A stretch of 64,000 nt of DNA, from NCBI GenBank assembly GCA_002189035.1, contig CM007991.1, positions 3,224,001-3,288,000 on the forward strand, written 5' to 3'. The notes under the pieces are model-generated. The model had not been told where the DNA came from. It saw only the letters and a program-made list of their open reading frames with translations, and did not search any database. The stretch comes from Utricularia gibba (lineage: Eukaryota; Plantae; Magnoliophyta). Shown piece after piece: positions 54,307-64,000 of the stretch; positions within the stretch are counted from its first letter, which is position 1; every line of letters begins with the position of its first letter. The translations under genes and the position numbers were made by a program.

Positions 54307-55613
54307 AGCAACAAGCCTAACTGCATTTGGTATGATGATGACCAGAAGTGCATCTCAAAGAGATAAGGAAACAGTGTGAGTTCTCTAGATCAGGGAAAAA
54401 AAATACAATAAAGCTACTGTGTTGAATCCTTATTGGATGAAGAATAAGGGGATAGCTTAACGCCAGACACAAGAAGTCTTTTTTTTTTTCGAGAATGTAC
54501 AAGAAGTTGTACATGGGTAACTTGTCTTCCCAAAATGACAGTAAGGAACAAACAATAGAAATGGAATAATGAAAAATACCATGATCTAGCAGAGGGGAAA
54601 TATCACCCAAATACTCAATAAGGCAGGAAAAGAACGGAAGATTCAAAGCGGATCCTTACCTTCTAACAAGGTAGAGAGTCCGTCGAGAAATGAAACACTG
54701 ACGAATACTCCTCACTCTCGCAGTTTCTTGACAGGACACAAAGAGCAAATTGTAAGTAATCACACACGCTACTGCTAAATAAGCTTCACGTCTAATCAAA
54801 GGAGTTCATTCAACCAGCACAAAAGTCAATCAACGGCTACAGCAACGGCACCATACAGACAACGAAATTAGGGCGTCCAAAAACCACCAAAAGATAACCT
54901 CAAATCTCAAAACAAATCGACGAAACACCTACTGCACATTCAAACAATCTAATTCCATGCGATAACCTCGTAAGAACGAAATCAAGAATCCCATACCTGG
55001 AGACTAGATCTGACTCGGCGGAAACACCCAGGCGTTGAAAATTCGAAGTGCTCTCCTTCTAGAGACTTCGAAGAGTTGCTACTGCATCGTTTTATACAAC
55101 AAAGTCGCCGCCCATAAACCGCGTTTAGATTATTCGTAAATAAAAAGAATCTCCAAACACGCTTCTTACCAGGATAGGGCCTTGGCCTTTACGACGTCGT
55201 TTCTGCCACCCGGAAAAGAACATTATCCAACCAAATACAATCTCCGTTCTCCCTCCCGTCCGTCTCCCGCTCATTCCGGCGGTTCCGACACATAGATGTA
55301 AGTATTCGATTACGATGCTATAGTGTTCTTCTTCCGGGCTTTTCTTTTTTCTGTAGGAAATGGGTTTCTGTAAGTTGAATTTTTCGATTCAGGATTTCAT
55401 TAGTTGAGTGATGTCTGCCTGATGCTTATGCTGATTGAATTACTCTCTGAGGTGCTCTGTGTTTGCGAATTCTGAGGTGGGTAATGATTTTGATTGCATG
55501 GAATTAGGCCAAGGTTGTGAAGTCACAGCAGCTGCTGTATGCGCGTCACTGATTTCTCAAATTTGTGCATAATCTGCGTAGAATTCTGAAATTCTCTGTG
55601 GGAAAGGTCCAGG

Positions 55614-56093
55614 ATGCTGTCCTTCACAAGGGTCTTCACCACGTATCCCTCAAGGATCCCACCTTCGTTTTCGCATCTCCCAAAGCACTCACTTGTAAAA
55701 GTCAAGTGCAGTAATGAGGACAATGATGATGCCGCCGGTGGCAGTAGCTTGAACGCATCTTCTTCATCCATTTCCCCACCACCCAAACCAGTTGAGATTC
55801 GGTTTAAAAGAGGTTCCAGACGTAGACGGAAGCAGGAGCTGAGCGACGAAGCTGATGAAAAGCCAGTTAAACAAGCTTCACGCCCCAAGGACTGGGAGAC
55901 AATGACTCTCGGCGAGAAGGCTTTGGAACTCTACATGGGAGAGAAGGGCATGTTGTTTTGGCTTAACAAGTTCGCATACGCCTCTATATTCATCATCATC
56001 GGAGGATGGATAGTGTTCCGTTTCGTCGGTCCGGCCCTTAACTTGTATCAGCTGGATGCGCCTCCTCTGTCTCCAACTGCCATTTTCAAATGA
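55614..56093 (+). CDS. Plastid/thylakoid membrane protein of unknown function
   Basis: Transit-peptide-like start; conserved WE.MTL.EKA.ELY.GEKG.LFWLNKFAYASI...W..FRFVGP.LNLYQLD; preceded by a leader intron starting GTAAGT at about 55298. Confidence 0.85.
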   Translation: MLSFTRVFTTYPSRIPPSFSHLPKHSLVKVKCSNEDNDDAAGGSSLNASSSSISPPPKPVEIRFKRGSRRRRKQELSDEADEKPVKQASRPKDWETMTLGEKALELYMGEKGMLFWLNKFAYASIFIIIGGWIVFRFVGPALNLYQLDAPPLSPTAIFK

Positions 56094-56247
56094 AGATGAC
56101 TTCTGTAAGCCGGTTTTGCTCTTGTATCATGATATTGAATCTTGGAGAAATGGATATGTACGCAGATTTCATTCACCAGTCTAAAAACAGGAGACTTTAC
56201 AACAAAACCCAGAAAAATATGGATCGAAACCCCATCGCAGGAGCAAG

Positions 56248-56685
56248 TCAACATAAACCAGATACAAACCCATACACCAATTCATACAAAGTGAAGAAAA
56301 CCAGCATGAATGAAGTGAACACGCTGAATCCAACCATGGAAACCATACACAACCCCAAGCTCGGCCTCATCTCCATCAGATGTCTCTGCAACCTCCCCAC
56401 AACATTGCATACAATCGAATCGTAATCGAGTTGCTTCTCCCAATCCATCCATTCCTCTGGAGGGGCATATTCTCCTTCCATGGTTTTCATTTCCTGTATC
56501 CTCATCCGTAGAACGATCATGCTCTGGTCCACCATCCTTCCATCGAATCTCGGTCTCCCATCTTCGCCTCTTCTCGATGCGCAGACCCTTTGCATCCCAT
56601 TCCTCGAGGTGGTTCCCCTTCTACGAGATCGTGTAAAGGGGTGGAAGGATGACAATGGAGGAGCAAATGAGGAGGCTGCAGCCAT
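56248..56685 (-). CDS. Conserved plant protein of unknown function (At2g01300/At1g15010-like), single exon
   Basis: GR.VD.SMIVLR.RI.EMK..E..Y.PP..WMDWEK...YDS.VC..VG.LQ..LM..RP with a hydrophobic C-terminal segment. Confidence 0.82.
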   Translation of the reverse strand: MAAASSFAPPLSSFHPFTRSRRRGTTSRNGMQRVCASRRGEDGRPRFDGRMVDQSMIVLRMRIQEMKTMEGEYAPPEEWMDWEKQLDYDSIVCNVVGRLQRHLMEMRPSLGLCMVSMVGFSVFTSFMLVFFTLYELVYGFVSGLC

Positions 56686-57037
56686 TTTTCTGGAGTTCGC
56701 TATGGTGGTTTTCTGGTTAGGAGGTTTGTGTGTGTATTTATAGTAACTTTGAACACGTGTTTGATTGTTCTCAGAGTTTGAATTGCGGCGTACAAGCGAA
56801 GAACTGGGAGACAAGCGTGAAAACAAATCGGCGAAAACGTGCATTCTCCGTACACACACGAACGCAAATCCAATATTTTAAAATTTAATTGACTGAATTC
56901 GATATAATTTATTATAAAGAATTAAAAATATATAATTAATAAAAAATAAATAGATTTTGCTTCCAGAAGCCTTGCAGTGCACCTCGCGGTTTGGAGCAGC
57001 TGAACTGCGCTGACTGCTGGAAGAGGGTGGTACAGAA

Positions 57038-58685
57038 ATGGCTTCCTTATTCCTCAAATTTCAGGAGGTGATTCTATGCATCAGAACGTGAGCTATTTCC
57101 GATTCTGATTTTGATTTGCGCGTTTGTGATTGGGAAATATTTTTGGAACTGGGTAGCGTTCTTTGGGTTTTGTTAATCGGGGTGCGTTTGGCCAGAGGAG
57201 AGTACTTATGATGAGTTCCATTTAGAATCGTGACTGGAATTCAATTTTTTGTCTTCACATTACCTGTTTGCTTGTGCGACTTAGGCACTCAAGGTGTTCG
57301 CTAAAAGTCCCACGTTTGCCAAGGATGGAAGACGTATTCAGTTTGAAGCCGATATAAATCGCCTTTTCCTCTACACCAGGTGAAACCCTTTTGTGGTTAC
57401 TGTGGACTAAATTTGAAGTGTTACGTTTTAGGAGATGGGAAATTGTTGGATAGTTTGATGAATTCATTATTTATGGAACTTGGGAGTTGGGGGTTAATTG
57501 CTGAATGAACATGTTATGCTTTCAGTCACTACCGCCTGGGAAAGGATGCTGATGAAGCAGATGCAGAGGAGATCATTGGCATGGCGAGTGAGGCCTCTGT
57601 AGCTGACCAACAGAAGCAAGTTCAAGAAAATATTCATCTGCAGATAACCAACTTCTGCAAAAATATGGATAACATTCTTGTCCCTGATTCAAAGAAGGAT
57701 GATGCCACAGCTAGCTCGTCTTCAACAACAAAAGTGGCTCCTCGGCCTAGTGGTCTTGGTCTTGCTCTTGGAAAGACCACTCCTCCAAAAGAGATACCTG
57801 GTGAGTGACATGAGCTACGTGTATGATAAACTTGAGCCGATACATTTGATTTAAAGATTGTTATCTTGGTGCATACTCAGGTATAGCTGTGTCTAAAACA
57901 AAGCCACTAACGAAGTTTGAGGTTTCTGGGAAGTTTAAGGAGATGACTGGATACACTCTTCAAGTCAAGCCATCTCAAATTCAACATAAGGATTCTGGAA
58001 ATGGTCTGTTCTTGGATGGTGAAGCAGATGCGGGATCCGTAGTAGCCTTTTACCCTGGTGTTTCATACTCACCAGCATACTACCAATATATTCCCGGATA
58101 CCCAAAAGTTGGTTTGCATAATCCATATCTCATCACCAGGTATGATGGCACTGTGATTGATGCACAGCCTTGGGGATACGGCGGTGAGTCCCTTGAGTTT
58201 TGGGATGGATCATCTAATAAAAAACAAGTCTTCCATTCCGGAGGCCAGGAAACAGGATCAGATCGTATCTGGAAGATGCTCAGTAAACCACTAGATGGTG
58301 CTGGCAAAGGAGATGTTCTGGAACGCAGAAACCCTCTGGCTCTTGCTCACATGGCGAATCATCCCGCCAGAGATATGACTTCCAATGTCATGGTTTGTCC
58401 CTATGATTTCCCATTGAGCGAGAAGCACATGAGAGCCTACATTCCCAACATCTCATTCGGGAGTGATGAAGTAACCATGAGCAAGTTTGGGAGGTTCTGG
58501 TTCAAGTCATGGAGCTCCAGCCGCACGCAAGTGAATGCTCCCATCATCAAGTGCCTCCTCCTTGTTGCCACCAGAGGAATATCCAACGAAGAGATTCTCC
58601 TCAACTATCGCCTGAGTAGCCTGAAACAAAGACCTTCATGGTACGTCCCCAAGATGAGGAGGAGGATCGGAGGAGATGGAGTTGA
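57038..58685 (+). CDS. SETD9/C5orf35-like protein (At5g23200-like), 4 exons; apparent 1-bp frameshift at 58647-58650
   Basis: [21 protein letters not shown]...G.GLFL.G....[42 protein letters not shown]. Adding one C gives [15 protein letters not shown]. Confidence 0.87.
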
Positions 58686-59033
58686 CCTCCATATCTCTTC
58701 TTCTTCATTCTGCCATTGATCCCAATCACAGACATCGCTCAAAAACACAGTATTCGGATGGTAACTTTCTTGTTATATTTCATTCAATTTGATAGCTTTT
58801 AGTGAAACCAAAATTCTTGTTATCCTCCTCCTCTTCTTGGTGCATGCCTGACGACTGGTTTGCCGGTAACTAACTAGACATTTTGAAAGCAATGTTTGGA
58901 GTACATGTGGCCAAGTCAAGACACTACACGTTGGAATCTCCTGAATTCACACCATTCATGGAAGTGGTCCTCCCAATACACGTCATTACATGACAACGTA
59001 TTTCATTATCAAAAACAAAATCCCTCTTCATTA

Positions 59034-59060
59034 TGACGTCAGCATTAACTCCGCCTGACG
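59034..59060. promoter_or_regulatory. TGACGTCA palindrome plus TGACG (TGA/bZIP sites) upstream of the DUF4228 gene
   Basis: TGACGTCA at 59034-59041 and TGACG at 59056-59060, about 450 bp upstream of the ATG at 59503. Confidence 0.4.
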
Positions 59061-59502
59061 GCAGACCAGATTGATCAAACCGGCGTTGTCCCTTTTCGGA
59101 CCCAAAGTTGGTAAAATGCTGTGCGTTCCCATTAAAAAAATAGTGTGAAATAAATTTTCAAAATGATTAACGTAAGTAATTTTTTATACAATTTCCTTGT
59201 AATAAAACCCTTTTTCGCGTTTAATAATCTCAATTCTCAAAAAAAAAAAATTTTATTATAAGATGATGGTTACTGATTTCATTAAAAAAAATATGGTGTA
59301 ATATATATATATATATTTTTGTTTAGAGATCATATTTGACGATTTCCATGCTCTCTCTCATAATTGGGCCTGTCTGCTTTCAAGTCAAGTCTCACGAAGT
59401 AGACAGACAACATTGTTCCCATATCTGAAAACGAAGCAGTCCCGGTGCCACTGGCAAAGTCGTCACGTCTTTCATCGTGATCTCCGCCCATCCCTACCAA
59501 AA

Positions 59503-60382
59503 ATGGGCAACAGTTTTGGGTGGAGGAGGAAGACGGTGAAGGTGATGAAGATCAACGGCGATATCATGAAGCTCAGAGCTCCGGTGCGGGCAGAGGCGGT
59601 GCTCTCGGCGCACCCGAATCACGCGTTGCTAGAATCCGAGTCTGTGAAGTACTTCGACTTGCGAGCCAAGCCGGTGGAGCCGCAACAGGAGTTAGAGCCG
59701 GGGAGGCTTTACTTCCTAATCCAGCTGCCCAAATTGCCCGCCGCTCATGTCAGAGGACCGCGGAGAGTGCGATCGGGAGGGATTCAGATGAGCGCCAAGG
59801 AGCGCCTCGAGAGCCTGATGCTGGCGCGGCGATCGGCGTCGGATTCGACGATTATTAAGAACTCGTCGCCGATGGCAGAGGAAGGTGTTTCCGCTGCCGG
59901 CGGCGGAGTCAGGGTGAAGATGCGGCTGTCGAAGGCGGAGGTAGACAGAGTCGTAGCGGAAAGTAAGGATAGGGCAGAGTTGGAGAGCAAGATCATCCGC
60001 CTTTGTTTGGATAAAAACGCCGCCGCTGCTCCTGTTCAGTCACTCCCGCCGCCAGGCGGCGCCAAATCCCGCACGGTACATTTAATTTTCGTTATTATTT
60101 TATTTTTATTCATCCGATTTAACATTTATCTTCGTCCAATTAACGGTTACCCAACCATTCGGTACATATATTTCCAATTAAAAATGAGAAAACCATTTAA
60201 AATTTCAATTTTTTAATCACTATTTTTTAAATAAACAACGAAATGTGATTTTCTTAATAATTAAATACCACGAAATTCGATGTAGCAAAGTAGCCCTAGA
60301 AGAATTCATTCAGTGTTGTTGATGCATGTTGCAGAGGAAGGTGGGGTTCATGCCAACTCCTGAAGGAGAGATTGTAGCCTAG
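59503..60382 (+). CDS. DUF4228 / PADRE domain protein, 2 exons
   Basis: MGN N-terminus, KVMKI.G...K...PV.A..V...HP.H, L.PGRLYFL..LP, SAKERLE.L.L.RRS.SD, VRVKMRL.K. Intron 60076-60334; last exon RKVGFMPTPEGEIVA*. Confidence 0.88.
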
Positions 60383-60719
60383 CGTAGTGTCGGCCTTCTG
60401 CTACCTGGTACATCTCGTCTCTCTACTGGGCGTCGCCTATTCATCAAACATTCAAACGGTGTGCATTTTCTCTTGTCTATATCTTCGGAATTTGCACATC
60501 ATCTTGATGGAAAAGGCACTTTTTTGTTGGTTGTTGTTGTTTCCCAACTCGTTGCTTGTGCAATACTTGCAAATATATATGTAGATATCTCTGGTTCTGA
60601 AATATGGAATTAGAATTGAATGGACATCCTGGGTGGATTCTAAAACACTCGCACCCATTCTGAACAATTGGGGAAGAAAGAAAGAATGAAGAAGCAATTG
60701 GGGTTGGTTGGATGGGTCC

Positions 60720-63700
60720 TTATGATGCCCATTGATCCGGAACTGTAAGAAAATAGGAGGTCATGGCTTTCCTGAACCTCTTCTTGTACTCCTTTGGTGA
60801 GATCACTGTGGGGGAGGCGTTTTTGGGTCCTCCCAAGATCCCTGATGCCTTCACCCATGTCTCCAAGTGTTTGTCCCAAGTGTATTGCCTCATGAAATCT
60901 ATGATCCCCATCACCAGCTCTTCCCGCTCCTCGTCCACCCCAACCAGCAACGAGTAGTCCATCACGGCCATCGACTGTGTGAACAACACACATGTTTAAC
61001 ACATGTTTCTCCCATGATCTAATGGTGGTGAGGAGCTAGTGGTGGTGCTTACCGCTAGAAATGAAGTGTCGTTCCAGATGGCTCTCTCCAGGTTCCTCTT
61101 TGCTTGGTTTGCAACAAAGATCGGGTTTTTGCCCACGGTCTCCAGCAGATTCATGTCCAGGAGCACCTTGTTTGTCCCCTCTGTCTCAGGAATGTAGCGG
61201 GATCGAACAGAGCCCTTCAGGTCATATATTTTGGAGATGTTTCTATTGAAGAAGAGATTCTCCATCACCATCAGGTCCATTTTTGTTGCCTCTTTACCTC
61301 CTCTTTTCATCATCCCCTTCACCCCTACCTGCAGATGCAGACACGAGGGGTTCAGACTTTTCGTATAACAAATTCAGAGGCGCACAGAGTATGAGATCAT
61401 GAACCTGATAGATGCCGAGGATTTTGGCAAGGCAAGTTGGGCTCTGGGATTTGAGAGCATCTGTCATGTACTTGAAATAGTTGGGACCGAAGGCTTCAAA
61501 CGACTCCATCTCGGTTTTTGTCACCTGTTTGATTATGAAGCGGTCATCCAGGGACCTGGCGAAATAGACCTTGCTCTTCCCTCCGTCTCCAGACCATTTC
61601 CTACACCTACTCAGGGATCGAATGTAATCAGTTTCATTGGGGCAGCAGATCCTCCGAAGAGCATCGAACTCCCTTGCGAAATAGCACGTCACAGAATACT
61701 TGAGCTTTCCCGGACCTTTAGAGGATTCATCCCCAAAGGAAATCTGAGGATGGGGATGCTGCTCTTCAGAGACAGATAAAAGATCAGCATCTAGAGGGTC
61801 CAGCTCCTCCAGAAGCTTACCTTCTGATATTCCTTCAGCCCCGACTGGGAGCCGATTCAAAACCCGGTGTTTGTATTCCTTGGAACTAAGGGCATAAGAT
61901 ACAATGCTGGTTAGTTCATCATCATGAATCACCATGCTATTTTCGTGGGGCAGCCTTGCTCCAAGAGAAAACAGTGATGCTGAGGAAGTAAAGGATGACT
62001 CAATGAAAGAGGATGAATCAGGCCTTCCGGAGTCGTTTCGAGACAACTGTAGACTTGACCCTTGCATCTGGCTAACAGGGTCTTCGATCATTGATCTATA
62101 ATCTCCAAAGACATGAAAAGAGTGGGGTGAACGAGTCAAGTAGAGCGAAGAAGATGGACGCAGACCCTTCCACATTGTTTCTTCAGCTGCCCTTTGAAGA
62201 GAGTCAAGTGAATAAACCCTCGTTGTTCCCATCAGCCTTTTAACTGATGGATTTTCTACCAGATTCATCTTCCTTGGTGAGCTTGGATCATCATCCTCAT
62301 TTACCGCCGGCTCAACGCCAGACCATGCAGAATCTATGCTGTCAAACAGTGTTGATGGAGGTTGATCCGGTGAACTCTTACTGACAGCACTTCCATCATC
62401 TCTGCTGATAGTCTCCACTTCATTTGCAGGTATGGAATCTTTTGCAAATTTATCTGAACCCCAGGGACCATCATAATCATCATTTTGAGCATCGGTGGAT
62501 GAGTTGCTCTTGAGAAGGGCTTCCAGCAAATTCAGACGGTGATCCCACGATTGCCATGAGGCTGAAAGAGAATCCTTCAAGTGTCTCAACTCTCGAATGT
62601 CTGGTTCCACTCCATCCACTTGTCCTCCTTCATTGGTAGGTAGTTGTAGCAGATCCTCCCATTCCTGAAGCAATAAAGTTTAGCTACAGAAATACCAGAA
62701 CAGGATGTATTAAGAGAATCTTACTTTGTACTGCTTTTTTTCATTGGCAAGCATATCTTTCAGCTCAGTGAAGTGGTTCTGCAGTTCACTCGCATCACCA
62801 TTTCCATCTTCACCGGATAAAGCTTTAGTCTCAAGGGCCTCAAGAACTCTAGAAACCCCCAGAAACATTGCTTCTGCTTTCCCGAAAAGCTACAGGGAGA
62901 AAAAATGAATAATATGTTTCAGAACTGCACCACAAACACCAAAAAGTTGCAATTTCATGTGTTTCCACGAACCTCAGATGCTTCTTCCTTGATCCAGCAT
63001 TCTTCAACAGGATGATTGAACTCGAGAATAGCAGGCGGCAAGTGAACCGAGAGAATATCGATATGGGAATATTGGAAGGAAGCAACCATACTACCCAACC
63101 TGCCAAAGGGCCAGAGAGTAATAAATTAAAAGGAATCCCTGGAACGCCAACATCTTGAACTTCACAAACAGTGATCTTGTAAAAGCGTGCACATAGTGAA
63201 TGTTGGCATACCCGAAAAACCTGAGGCAATTCCTTTGTAGCGAGTGGCCACACTTAGCAAGACGGTTTCCAGTAACATGATTATAAAAACTAAGTTCAAG
63301 AAACTTCCCGAAAGAAAGTCCCCATGCAGCATCAGATAGTACAACTCTTTTACTGGCTGGTGGAACTCCTTCTACAAGTTCACACTTGAGGCACCGGTGC
63401 CACATCCATATCTTTCCGTCTTGTTCTCCAGGAAGCTTAACATCAGGAAGATGTCTCACTTTAATTGTAAGATTGGCATTCTGGTGGGTATAACACATGA
63501 CGTGGGCTTCAGCTGGTTCATTACAGGATTTACAACGATTTGACTGCTCAAAATAACAAGATACACATGAGCATCTAAGAGACATGTTACAAGGAAGAGC
63601 TGAAAATCACAAAAAAAAAAAATGCCCACCTGGTCAAACAAATCATCCCTTAGATACCTTCCTAAAGATTTGTCTGAGGGGCCATAAAATTTCACTCGAA

Positions 63701-64000
63701 GAACACGGGCCCTTTCACATGCAGTTCTGTTGACCATACAGTTACTGGAGAATGAAACCAGTATGCTCTGGGTATTGTCATTAGTGGCTTTCTGTTCACC
63801 GGATATTAAAGCATCGTCCACTTGAGCAGGAGTAGATGCCACGACTTCAATCACCTGACCAGACTCTTGGTTAAGTGACTCTTTACCATGGTCATTCTTG
63901 CATCCCAGATCTCCGTGCTCCTCTTGGTGCAGATGCTTTCTGAATCCAACTTCATTGGGTTCAGATAAATAGTCATGGCGGGTGTTTGCAAGCTCGGACA
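60720..64000 (-). CDS. FAB1: 1-phosphatidylinositol-3-phosphate 5-kinase, FAB1 family (FAB1C-like); 5' part outside the window
   Basis: Cys-rich CCR domain (GKIWMWHRCL.C, LSDAAWGLSFGKFLELSF); PIPK domain GGKS.VYFA.S.DDRFIIKQV, YDLKGS.R.RY, GIIDFMRQYTWDKHLETWVK, PTVISPK.YKKRFRKAM. Confidence 0.95.

Overview
Nuclear DNA from a eudicot plant with a very compact genome: about 28 spliced or single-exon protein-coding loci in 64 kb (about 1 per 2.3 kb), mostly 65-110 nt introns, and no recognisable intact transposon. This is most consistent with a miniaturised asterid genome such as Lentibulariaceae (inference). Genes in order: kinesin-14 (KIN14S-like, truncated at the left edge), small conserved ORF, At4g38225-like plastid protein, CDPK, IDH1, DUF630/632 protein, PIS (degenerate), SKP1, USP-like-domain kinase, ROP, proteasome alpha-7, dirigent, CRINKLY4, NIPA Mg transporter, group I bZIP, amidophosphoribosyltransferase, XIP aquaporin, V-ATPase c, two HAD phosphatases flanking a small coiled-coil gene, PB1 protein, K/S/H-rich protein, thylakoid protein, small conserved protein, SETD9-like, DUF4228/PADRE, FAB1 kinase (truncated at the right edge). 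No rRNA, tRNA or CRISPR was found. Main observations: (1) ten apparent frameshifts in seven conserved genes are all 1-bp deletions in G/C runs, the signature of a long-read consensus artefact; (2) the PIS locus shows a different, probably genuine decay pattern, including loss of two catalytic-motif aspartates; (3) an orphan 1.1 kb region (12.2-13.3 kb) carries arrays of back-to-back hairpins and is the best candidate for an undescribed structured RNA; (4) several GC-rich intergenic islands look like decaying gene remnants; (5) the XIP and ROP genes have GC-AG introns. I see no firm evidence for a new multi-gene system. Homology calls are from recalled family motifs; no database searches were run.
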